DNA of 49,023 nucleotides from Rozella allomycis CSF55. Taxonomy: Eukaryota. Every line of letters starts with the position of its first letter. Positions within the stretch are counted from its first letter, which is position 1. Made by a program: the position numbers and the translations under genes. The notes beneath the pieces were generated by a model. It saw nothing but the letters and a program-made list of their open reading frames with translations. It was not told the DNA's origin and ran no database searches. Below are positions 1 through 10,956 of the stretch, in pieces. The stretch is taken from NCBI GenBank assembly GCA_000442015.1, contig KE561207.1, positions 1-49,023 of the forward strand, written 5' to 3'.

Positions 1-155
1 CTTCTCGGACGCAGTTCAGGATAGCTAATTTGGTTTCTGGTGGTACTCTGTAGCCTCAATTTTGATTTCCCACTCCGTCTGGACTTGGCCACACTCCGGG
101 GACAGTCGATATAGGCTTTCTGTTCAAAGTCAAGCATATTGAATGCCCCTGAAGC

Positions 156-545
156 ATGACGAGTATATTGGGCCTTGGTAATCCGAAATTTCCTAGTTTG
201 CTTATGACGTCGATGAAAGGCTCTTTCTCCTTCAAAAACGACATGCTGCGCGAAACTCGCCTGGGGACAAACCTTCTTCTTCGCATCGAAAGAGCTGGAT
301 TCGCGATCGCCAAAGTTTACGTTGTCAATGATGGACGTGCTGTTGTGCCCATTCCACAAGGCCTCAGCATTCACGACGACACGAATAACGCTCCCGTGGC
401 CGCACTGAACGTGAACGAGTTTGTTTTGGCCTGGACTGATGCTTACACCATTACGTACAACAACCAAAAAGTGCTTTCGGTCAACAATCAACGTCAGTGG
501 TATGTGCATGGTCCGTCTGATCGTGAAATCGATACACTGGATTAA
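156..545 (+). CDS. Hypothetical protein, intronless, ~110-129 aa (start could be the Met at 204 or 213)
   Basis: Clean ORF in a visibly GC-richer stretch; TAA overlaps AATAAA; no family recognised. Confidence 0.45.
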   Translation: MTSILGLGNPKFPSLLMTSMKGSFSFKNDMLRETRLGTNLLLRIERAGFAIAKVYVVNDGRAVVPIPQGLSIHDDTNNAPVAALNVNEFVLAWTDAYTITYNNQKVLSVNNQRQWYVHGPSDREIDTLD

Positions 546-1445
546 TAAACCTGATCTCTGCTGGGTGCTTTAAGGCTCAAGAGTGTTTTTGTCGAAAGTG
601 AATGTTCATCTTCGTTTATCTGCATATGGAAAAAGGCCAATGCGTTCTATTTCACAACATAAGAGTATTACATGGCAGATTATCTTTCAATACTATAACT
701 GGAGAAAGGCATTTCAAAGGAGGCTATTTAGACTGGGATGACTTCCAAAGTGCATATCGTGCTTCTTTTTTCAAATAAAAATGGTTTGCTAAGATATTCA
801 TTCTTAAATAATTGGTTTGATGACTGAGCAATTACCACTTCAAAAATCTCCATCAGGCATCAAACTATCAAAGTGTGGCCAATTCATCCAAAGGGAGCGT
901 TATAATAAATTAGTCGTTGGGCGATATTTTTCCTTTTTTATGTTAAACCCACATAATAAATACATGTTCCCAGCACCGCAATATTCCAAATTAACGCAGA
1001 CATTTCCACTCTCACTCAAATTCTTCCGCCAGGCATCTGCTCACACCAGTGACACCACCTGACCCTGACGGGTTGCGCAGTTTTGCCCGCATCCACAAAA
1101 ATCTCTCTTACGGTTTCGCCAAAGTATCCTCCCTACATGTAACGTAGATATAGACTGTAGAGAAAGGGTGTATCTCAACGTAGGATATTGCGCACAAATA
1201 CCTCACGGTCATGAATTTTCGCTATTGAACACGCTGAAGTCAGAAGTTCTGAGTGAGGTATCGGCGCGCAACCTTTCTTTGTTGGCCAGCAGACTCCTTC
1301 AATTCATCGACATAGCAAGAATGGGCGGAAATACAGAGGTCAAGAAGCCTGTGGATTAAACTTTTAAGCCTGAAATTCATCAATATATTGATACATTGGC
1401 TTTTTCACACGATTTGTATCCTTGAGTTATCATAATGGTTCTCAA

Positions 1446-2210
1446 ATGAACCAAAATATTGTAGTGTCCTTGATTCACGACTATCTAACAACCATAAAAT
1501 ATAACCAAACCTTATCAGTGTTGGCGTCAGAACATTCGATAAAGATAAGACCTCCAAATAAGTCTGGTTCTGCATCCTTTCTACGTGGGTTGGGATTAGT
1601 CGAGATTTTAAACGAATACATTGAGCTAAAAGAACAGGGTATTCATATTTCATGAGTATATTTAGAACGTCTCAAAATTCAATTTAAATCAGATTTCAAT
1701 AATCAAAAAGTCAGAGGGTTTCTTGATGAAATTTATTCGTCTTTAAGAAAGTTGGATGATTCTCTTTCTGAAAAAGAAAACAAATGCATTGATCAAAAAC
1801 TTGCCAAAAAGCAAAAAATAGATCAATGCAGAACTCGAAGGTTATCACATGGAGCAAACGATAAATGTCGTAGGCCAGAGAAAGAACTTGAAAGTGTATA
1901 AATTTATAAATATTTATGATTACAGATATTTGATATGCTAATCAAGAATGAAAATTCAAATATACCTGAAAGAATAGCTGAGAACATTAACCTGTCGCTG
2001 GCCAAATCGAGAAGTACTGACCTGGACGAATTAATGGCCAACGTCGGAATGGATAATTTAATTGACGAGCTAATAGCGCCAACATCATCTGGCGGTAATA
2101 TAATTAGATAAAATGAGATAGATATTTTTGATACTAATAAAACTTCTAATGCGTTTTCTACAGAGGATGATGTAAATTCATTTTTGGATCATCTTGTATA
2201 CGAAGATTAA
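1446..2210 (+). CDS. LisH-domain protein resembling NPAT/Mxc (4 exons)
   Basis: LisH-like IVVSLIHDYLTTIKYNQTLSVLASE, then LVEILNEYIELKEQ; after removing 27-, 30- and 27-nt GT..AG introns the frame continues through IPERIAENIN to TAA at 2208-2210. Both motifs recall NPAT (LTTILNEYVAMK; EKLAENIN) from memory. Confidence 0.62.
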
Positions 2211-2229
2211 TATTTTATTCACAATAAAA

Positions 2230-2571
2230 TTATATTAAACTATATGCTTTGAAGTCTTTAATAGTTTCTTCTTCATCAGCTTGAGTTTGCATAAAGTACA
2301 TGTCCAAAAATCCTTCAAATGTTAAGTGGCCCTTGGTATCTAATTCAAAATTTTCAAAAACTTCTTTGGTTGAATCTTCAATATCTTTATCCTAATTTTG
2401 TAAATTATATTAACTTACTACGACATCTTTTTGGTTCGTAACTCTCATAAATTCTTTGAATTCGTTGAAATTTAATGACCCATCTTTGTCCACATCAAAC
2501 TTATTAAATATCTCTTGAAATTTGACGATTACATCCTGTGTAAACTCGCCATCCTTGTCAAAAAACTCCAT
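2230..2571 (-). CDS. Small EF-hand calcium-binding protein (2 exons)
   Basis: MEFFDKDGEF...FNKFDVDKDGSLNFNEFKEFM (canonical EF loop), ~27-30 nt intron, second degenerate EF loop ELDTKGHLTFEGF. Confidence 0.85.
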
Positions 2572-2686
2572 GTGGCTTATGCCGGACGTTTGGTTTTTTT
2601 GTTTTCAAAAGGATCATTCTGAGTTTTAACAAACAATTTTGAATTTAATTAGTAAAAGTAAATAGTTTTGTAACTTGTCTAAAAAA

Positions 2687-3694
2687 TCAAGGATCTGCTA
2701 ATTTATTGATAAATAACTTTTCATTTCTTTGTCGATTTTCTATTTTGTTTATATCAGATGCATGCAGTGCATTGATCAAATAACTATTTAATGTTCTACT
2801 CCTTTCCGTCAAATCATTTTGCATATTATAATAATCAGATGATTTTTGAACTTTTTGTTTAAAGAGTTCAAACTTTTTCTTTAATCTTTCATTGTCTACT
2901 TGGGCAGTATATAATTTCTTCGCCATACTAGAAACGACACTCTTGTATTGCGTAATTTCTTTTTGAACTGAATTCTGGTAAGTCTCTTTTTCCTTCTTCA
3001 TATTTTCTAAGGTGCTTTTAAGCGCGTGGTTTTCTTCTATTTTTCGAATTGCGTGTTGCACAACCTTTAACACTCCATCTTCGCCAATTTCTTCGAGGCA
3101 TATTTTCTCTTTAATGATTTCTTGTTTTCTTGATACACTTAGAATAATGTCATTATTTCTTTACTGTGTCACGTTATTTATGTTGTATAGGTGTCTACTA
3201 ATCAGCTTCGAAATATTTACAGAGTGGGGCCTTTTAACACCCCTTTCTTCATTAAGCTTCATTTCATCTTTATCTTTAAATCACCAGGTATTACTTTTTC
3301 CTTTCAAAATTGATGGATTCTGTTCACTTAACGTGGTCTTGAGAAGATAATTGATTTTACTTTTCAATTCAAGAATAATGCCATCCTTTTCTTTATTTAG
3401 GTTTTCTAAATCTTTAATTTTGGCTATTAACAAATAATGGTCATCAGCAATATTGGATTCGACTTCACCTACATGTACTTCTCTTGCAATATCTGGACCA
3501 AGGACATCAGACCCTTTTGTAATATTTTCGATCTTTTGATTTTCTAAATTTCCACTTGTTGTCGATTCTAATTCGTGATCGCTCGCCTTGTCAACCTTCA
3601 TAAAGGGTATTGAATCATTGAATGAGGATACCCCGTCTTTTTCTAACTCTAAGTCTGATAAGCTTTTAATAGAAGATGATCTTCTTTGCTCCAT
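2687..3694 (-). CDS. Coiled-coil protein of unknown function (multi-exon)
   Basis: ORFs 3281-3787 and 2687-3073 joined via 27-nt GT..AG introns; K/E/L heptad-like segments; ATG at 3694. Exact 3' end uncertain. Confidence 0.6.
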
Positions 3695-3761
3695 GTGTTG
3701 CGACAGCGGAAAATTGAGGACAAAAATAGACATGAAACCATATTTATTGAAAGTTAGAAAT

Positions 3762-4123
3762 TTACATTCTGCCCCATGGATGCTCATATTTTCCTAGCAT
3801 TTGCATTCCCGTGGGAAATTTTGGTGGCGGGGAAGGTAGCTCATCGATTAAACTTATTCTGACCAAGTTTCGGAGAGCAGTCAAATGACCTACAACATGT
3901 TCATTGACCGGAAAATAATATTGAACGCCCCTGTGTGTCAAATGTAACGCTTCTGCATTGCCTCTTATTCTAGGGTGAAGTTGTTTGGGGCTATTAATCA
4001 ACTCAACTTGAAAAAACTTTTTTGTTGCCTCTTGTTAAATAAAGAACCATTTACTTTAGGAGATATGTAATGATGTTTTTTTTCAAGTGCTTTAATTAAA
4101 GGAGAACCTAGTTTGGCATACAT
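3762..4123 (-). CDS. Mitochondrial ribosomal protein uL30m-like (2 exons)
   Basis: After a 26-nt intron (4029-4054): KFFQVELINSPKQLHPRIRGNAEALHLTHRGVQYYFPVNEHVVGHLTALRNLVRISL, matching the uL30 pattern (cf. yeast Mrpl33 ...SLGLGKRG...VNPAIAGSLAKVKELVKV). Confidence 0.7.
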
Positions 4124-4754
4124 GCTTGATTTTGAAATTTTGGAAATATCAATTTTGAATAATGATTGTAATGGTTTAGTCTTGTAATCCCGTGTTCAAT
4201 TTCCAGTGGATGTGTTTTATACAGCTTAATTTCTTGGAAATTTTGTATGTGATTTTGACGAATGGATTCCCTTTAATAATCAACTTCGGTTGATATGCTA
4301 AAAAATGATCCACATTTGAAGCGGATAGTGTACTTATAAAAAGTATAATAGTGCTACTATAGAATACGATAAATTACACATGTTTACATTTGATGAAAAA
4401 AGAAATAGGCATCTTAATTCTTATTATGACAAAAGAAGGATATAATATACCTACAGCTACAATCTTCGATATTGTTGTTGTTTGTGAAGCATTAGCTAGT
4501 AGCAAATATAAAGAATCAAAAATTTATTTTACTATTATACAATGCAGGTTTACTACACTCATCTTTTTTACTTGATTGCGATTTTTAGCACCACATTTTC
4601 ACAGGCAGCGTATTAAGTATAGTTAAACATTTGCAAATAAAGGTTAGCAAATAGCAACTTTATAATATGGAGTATGGATATAGTTTTGTGTATAATATAC
4701 ATACTCTAAAAATTGAAAATCATTTATTTACATAATTTCTTTATCAGACATAAA

Positions 4755-6986
4755 TTACTCCTGAAGAATCCATTCAGGAGATGCATCAAAAATAATTTGG
4801 CATATTTCTCTGAAAGTGTTTATCGGACCGGATATATGAGTAATATTAACTTGGACTCTTTTTGATTCTTCGATCTCTATTTTAAATTTCACGATTTTTT
4901 CTTCATTAGCTTCTCTTGTACATCTATATTCATCAGGTTTTCTATTATGAAAATCGATTTTGTATGTAGTTAAAATGTTCCTTAATTGATCATCGGCACC
5001 GCTTTTAGTCACACATTGATTCACTAAAAATGTGAACGATTCTGGCTTGAATGAAAAGAGATTTGAGAACCATGATTTCTTCGGAGTATGAGTTAATATT
5101 GGTGACGGTAAAGCTCCCTCACCCATACCTCTCCTATGGAATCTCGGTGTTCCCATAGAACTAGAACCTAAAGATAAGTTAGAAACGTCAGGTATAGATA
5201 TCTTTAACTTTTCATTAAACTTCCTTTCGCTTCTTGTGCTTTCTTTGGGGATGGAGTCATCATATACACTTAATCTAAAGGTAAATAAATACATACATTG
5301 TTTCATCACTCTTTGAAAGTGGAGAAGATCCGCTACCTATACCAGTTGGCGGTTTACAGAATGCCCTTTTATGAAATACCCTAGACAATCTTACTTCTTT
5401 GAATTCTCTAAGTTCGTACGCAATACTTGATTTATTTGAGTTATTTGTCTCGTCCCAATCGCTACAAATTCACGATTATTATCATTTTTTCCCGATGAAA
5501 AAATAGGCTGCGAAATTTCGTTCAAACTTCCAACAGAATCTGAATTTACTGAATCACTCTGAAGGCTATTATAGCTTTCTGTCCTCCTTTTTGCTTCAGA
5601 TGTAAAATCCCAAGATGAGGATTTCCCCTCTTGATTTTCCAAGTAGTCAAGCTTCCGTTGAAGGAGAAGGTAATAGCAAACTTTTTCCGGATTTTCTCTT
5701 CAAATACACAATTATTTTATAGTTTACGTCAGTGAAGATAGTTCCCTCTTTAATGTTTCTAGATCTCCCCAGCCTAGCAAGGCTAGTGATTTTAAAATTT
5801 CAGGATCGAAGTATCCATTTTGTGCATTTCCAACGCTTAAAATTTTATCTTTTAGTCTCCTATGAGCTGGGATAGCAGGGCACAGTTTAATTTCATGTTT
5901 GGTGAACCACGGGTGCTTCATGGCTTCATGAAGCTAATAAATTCAATTTGACAATTCTTACACTTATTCTTTTGTTTACATCTACTTCTATCATTTTATT
6001 TATCAAGTCGGCTGCATCAACACTGATGAAAGGTGGCATTTCAAATTTTCCTGCCTTGACCTTGATTCTAATTTACTACTCGATATTTACTTTGTTCAAG
6101 AGTCTTCGAATGTTTTCATCATCGAAAGGCAACCTTCCCGCTAAAAGCGCGTATAAAATGACTAATTTATTGAGTTATATTTGAGTACCTCCGCAACTCC
6201 AAGTGTCTGCTGGTCCTCCATCATATTTTTCGCCTCGAATTATTTCTGGACAGGCATAATGTGGAGATCTATAGTCACACGCAACGTTAAAAAATACCCG
6301 CAACTAGTCTCTAACAATTTACCAGTTTGTTGGATTGAAGCCATACCAAAATCTGCCACTTTAATATCCATTTTGAAGTCTAACAACAAATTTTCCGGTT
6401 TAAGATCACGATGACTTAAATAAAAGTAAAATATACTACTTACTATATAAAATGTTGATGACAAAAGTCAACCGCGGAAATAATTTGAGCAAAATATTTT
6501 CTTGCCTCGTCCTCATTCAGTCTTCCTTTCTTAACTAGGTAATCAAAAAGCTCGCCTCCCTCTAAATGATCCAAGATTAAAAAACTATTTTAATTCATGT
6601 CATGGATTTACAGCTCATCTTTAGTCTCGTAGACATCATGCAAGGACATCACATTCGGGTGTTGTATTAACTTCATTATTGTGATTTCTCTCTCCAGCTT
6701 TCTAGATTGCTCTTCATTTGCGGCAAAAAGTGCTTTGTTTAAAATCTTTATGGCGACTTTCTTCCCATTATCCATGTGGGTCCCAAGCTTAACTCTACCT
6801 AATTGACATGGGAGATATAAAAATACCAGTAGATCCTGTTCCTAGAGTCTTTCCAAGGAAGTAAGGACCCACTCGAAACGTCTTTGTCGTTGGAGGACCT
6901 TTCTTCCTAGACATAGATGGTTCATTCTTAGTAGATTTTTGAGCGGAATTGGGTCTTTCTATTGTATTCTCTAATGTGGCATTCAT
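4755..6986 (-). CDS. Nim1/Gin4/Hsl1-BRSK(SAD) family Ser/Thr kinase with C-terminal KA1-like domain
   Basis: [70 protein letters not shown]; about 9 short introns. Confidence 0.9.
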
Positions 6987-7125
6987 TTTCTATGATTGAT
7001 CGTTCAAAGCTCTGTATTTCCTATTTGTCGTTGTAGTTTACAACGGTTATGTAAACAAACAGAACATTGGTTATTTGGGGAAAATACAGGCAGGTATTAT
7101 TTATAATTAAAAAACAAAATTTTAT

Positions 7126-7836
7126 TCAAACAACATTTGTGAAGGTTTGAAGCGCTTCGTAATAGGGATTGTTTGACGCATCAAAATTTGGCACACATTG
7201 ATTAAGAGAATAAAAATCCATGCAGAAATCATTTCGGGTATATGTCGAGAAGTATTCTTTGTTCTTTTTGATGGGCAATTGAATGCCAGAAATCGAGATT
7301 TCACAGTATTTGGCTAAGGAACATGACAATCCGTAGAAGCATTCTTTAGATATGTACAAGTCATAATCAAGAAAATCCAAAAGCATTTTTTCGTAGTCAT
7401 TAATCTCCTGTATGTCGATACCACTAAATTTTGCCCAAGCGAAATTGGAAGGATGGACATCATCTAGAAACTTTGAAGATAAAATAACCGCCATTAAGAA
7501 ACATTTTCTACATGCTACTGCAGAATTCAGGTGAATAAGCCTTCCGGATGAAGTACAATACGAAAAGGGGGTATTTTTAGATATTATATGCTTTGGCGTC
7601 TGAATTGTGCACCTAGACAGCTTTTTCCGAAATCGCATTAAATAAAATATAGACACAATAAGGACCGAATATGAAGTCTTCGCTTTTTTCAAAAACTCCT
7701 TGACGAATTTGTTTAATGGCAGCGAGTCGTTTGTATCTGAACTCCAAACAGAACCCAATAGATTGGTTATGACGTCTACTAAATATTCAGCTAAGTATTC
7801 AGATAACATGTTAGTAGAATTCATGCAAGTTTTCAT
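7126..7836 (-). CDS. Pho80/Pcl-type cyclin
   Basis: FLMAVILSSKFLDD...SNFAWAKFSG...EINDYEKMLLDFLDYDLYIS cyclin box of the Pho85-cyclin family; single ORF. Confidence 0.85.
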   Translation of the reverse strand: MKTCMNSTNMLSEYLAEYLVDVITNLLGSVWSSDTNDSLPLNKFVKEFLKKAKTSYSVLIVSIFYLMRFRKKLSRCTIQTPKHIISKNTPFSYCTSSGRLIHLNSAVACRKCFLMAVILSSKFLDDVHPSNFAWAKFSGIDIQEINDYEKMLLDFLDYDLYISKECFYGLSCSLAKYCEISISGIQLPIKKNKEYFSTYTRNDFCMDFYSLNQCVPNFDASNNPYYEALQTFTNVV

Positions 7837-8005
7837 CTCTAATTGTTTTGATTATCCAAAGGCTTTAAAGATTATCATTAAACATCAACAAAGCTTAATT
7901 TTTCTAAAAAAGAACATAAACACAAACAAACATTCCTATTAAAGAAAGATTATTTCAAAATATTAAATATGATTATAAACGCAATAAAACGCAATAAAAC
8001 TTTAT

Positions 8006-9314
8006 TTACTCATTTGCCTTTTCAACTTGAGTGTTTTGTTCTCTTGGACGCCTGTAATCTCTACGATATTCTCTTCTTTCACCGTGATATTCTCTTCTTT
8101 CTCCATGATACTCTCTTCTTTCACCGTGATATTCTTTTCTTTCACCGTGATATTCTCTTCTTCTGTCACTGTTGAATTCTTTATTGTCATTGTTGTAATT
8201 TCTCTTTTCACTTCTTTCAACGTTGTATTCTCTTCTTTGACCATGATAATCTTTTCTGCCATCATTGTTATACTCTCTCTTGTATCTTCTTTCGCCGTCC
8301 CTATGATAATTCCCTCTTCCACGATTGTTGCGATTGTAAAATCGTTTTGAGCGTTGAAATCCATCATCTTCAGCCTTCTCATCAGTTTTAACCGCTTCAG
8401 CTTCTTCAACTTTAGTTTCTCCTACTTCTTCTTTGGATATCTCTACATTTTCTTCTTTGTTTTCATTAATTGATAATTTTTCAATTTCTTCAACAGGAAC
8501 ATTAACTGATTCTTCGATAATTTCATTTTCCTTTGCATCTTCGGGATTCTCTTCATCTGAGTGGACATTTTCTTTAACAATTGGATTAAGTCTAGTGCTT
8601 TCAATACGAAATGCATAATCCAATAATGATTGATAGGTGAAATTTCCGAAAGTGTCTTCAGAAGCTCCAATAAACTTGAGAAGCGTTTCGACACCTTGTT
8701 CGATGGCGTTTTCATAACTTTTACTTTCAAAATAAAAAGATTACCTGATTTCTCCTTTTAAAATAGAAGGAAGTGGAACGATATTTTGAAATAAATGCAA
8801 CAGAGCAATGTCCTCGTTGGAAAGCATGAGGGCCATAGAAGGCATTTGGATGCTCGTAAAAACATTTAAAGATCTCACAATATCACGAATAGCTTTAGCT
8901 TGCGATTGCTATTTTATATGACTAAAGAAATTTACCTCCATTTGAAGGGTGACTTCTTGTGCCAATTGTTTTTCCAATAAAACTTGTTGCCTCTTATTTT
9001 TCTTTGCTTGCCTTTGTTCCTCCATTTCAATGGCATTAAAATTCTTAATCAAATCTTCTAACTCTTTGATCAATGTTTCAACTTCGCTCTTCTTTTCGAT
9101 AGCCTTTATTTGATCCTCATTTAAACTTCCGCTCTCTTTTCCTTGACTTTGTTGTTCATATTTTTGGATTTTGACCTGTTTTGAAATAGAAGCACTTTTT
9201 TACCAAACGTTTACGAAGAGTTCTCAATCTTTTATTCACGACATCGATATAGTTATTTCCAGATGATTTTTCTTCAGTAGTTACAGCTACACTTTCTTGA
9301 ACGTCTTTGACCAT
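8006..9314 (-). CDS. Caprin-1/YAG7-like RNA-granule protein with Arg/Gly/Tyr-rich tail (4 exons)
   Basis: Spliced N-terminus YIDVVNKRLRTLRKRLVKIQKYE...LNEDQIKAIEKK resembles Caprin HR1; acidic linker; RGRG and REYHGER repeats at the C-terminus. Confidence 0.62.
8065..8162 (-). repeat. 21-nt coding minisatellite (~4.5 copies) encoding (R/K)EYHGER
   Basis: Unit gatattctcttctttcaccgt repeated with minor substitutions. Confidence 0.9.
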
Positions 9315-9520
9315 GTCTCTCAATAAATGAACAGGGGTCTTGACAATGATTTTTCTAGAAACTCAACATTTCACGTTCACATCTAACTTTTCTATTTATA
9401 ATTAAAAGCCTAAAAATAAAACATTGCTTTAGTTAAGACCAAATTAACGTCTCAAAATTTACCATTACCAGACCTGTAAATTTCGAGAACTGAGAAAAAA
9501 CTTACCCTGGTTTTAAGAGT

Positions 9521-10096
9521 ATGAAGTAAGTATCCTGCAGGTGCATATCTTTGTTTTTTACGTTGTATAAATTCTTAGATGAATAGTAACTAATATATAG
9601 ATTAGAAATTTGTAACTTTTCCGGATATAAAATCTATCCAGGTCGTGGAAGAACTTTTGTCCGCGGTGACAGCAAAGTACGGCTTTTAAAAATTTTCGAT
9701 TAGACCTTTAAACTATTAAATGGAAAATGTGAAGCCCATTTCTTGGCTAAGAAAAATCCTCGTAAATTCCTCTGGACTCAAGTTTATCGCCGCTTGAACA
9801 AGAAAGGAATCAATGCTGACGAAGTTGCAAAGAAAAAGACCCGCAAAAACGTCAAATTTCAACGTGCTATCGCCGGTGTTTCTGTTGAACAACTTAAGGC
9901 CAAGAGAACACAACCTCCAGAAGTCCGTGCTGCCGCTCGCGCTGAAGCTATCAAAAAGGCCAAGGCAAAGAAGGCTGAATCTGAAGCAAAGAAGAAAGAA
10001 GAAAAGGCCAAGCAAACTGCTAACCGTGCTCAAGCTAAACAGACCAAGGCAAGCAAACCTGCTAAAGCTTCTAAGGCTCAAATGAAGCGTTATTAA
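9521..10096 (+). CDS. RPL24: 60S ribosomal protein eL24 (3 exons; introns 9526-9600, 9677-9703)
   Basis: [27 protein letters not shown]...[20 protein letters not shown]...KFQRAIAG and K/A-rich tail. Confidence 0.97.
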
Positions 10097-10184
10097 ATAA
10101 ATTTCATAGCAAATACATTAATATTTTATTTTGTTAATCTGATATTCAGTGTGAGCTCACTTAGAACGCAGCCACTTTTCTATA

Positions 10185-10918
10185 ATGAGACAAAATGAAG
10201 AAAAAGAAAATCCAAACTCCCTCTCCTATTTAACTAGGAAGTTTGTTAACTATTTAAAATCAAATGGTGCAGAGAGATTCACACCGGTCTCCGAACTAGC
10301 AAGTGTGCTAAAAGTTCAAAAGCGAAGGGTGTATGACATCATCAACGTACTTGAGGGAGTAGGATTATTGGAGAGAATGGAACAAGATCAAATACATTGT
10401 AGATTAAAGGGTATTTTACTATTGTTTTAGGAATAGAAACCAAAGCGGGCTATACCCCAGAATTAAACCCACTCATAGACAGTCTAAACAAACTTCGCGC
10501 CGAGGAAGAACTGCTAGATCACTATCTCTTAGGTCTTCGAAACGATATCCGAACAATGTCTCACAACGACAAGTAAAGTGACAATGTCCTATATGATAGA
10601 TTTTGTTACATCAAAAAAGCGGATGTTCTAAATGCTTTACCCAACCTGAATTGTAGATTATCAGATGATACTAGTCAAGATAGTTTGCTTAATGATGATC
10701 ATGGGAACTTAATTGCATTGAGACTTCCATACTCTTCACGAATTGCAGCGACTCACACTAATGGATTAAAGTATCATCTTTGGATGTTGTCCTTGGGAGA
10801 ATGTATTGATGCTTTTCATATTCAGCGTCATTTTCATCCGCTAGAAACTACGCCAAAACCGGGATATATCTATTCAATTCTTCCCAATGAAGGTCCTAGT
10901 GACATCTACGCCAATTGA
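10185..10918 (+). CDS. E2F: E2F-family transcription factor (3 exons)
   Basis: SLSYLTRKFV...QKRRVYDIINVLEGVGLLE winged helix; coiled-coil/marked-box region after two short introns; C-terminal YIYSILPNEGPSDIY. Confidence 0.9.
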
Positions 10919-10956
10919 AAAAGAACATATTCTGCAAACTACATACGTAATAAATT

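Noticed and set aside
1040..1090. SRP helix-8-like CAGG..GAGCAG on the minus strand
   Set aside because: No GNRA tetraloop at the right spacing and no supporting helices.
7969..8409. Alternative-frame repeat ORFs (DILFFHR, EENITVK)
   Set aside because: By-products of the 21-nt minisatellite; the REYHGER frame is continuous with the spliced gene.
10411..10430. 20-nt intron in E2F
   Set aside because: An in-frame AG 6 nt further on (10436) gives a typical 26-nt intron.
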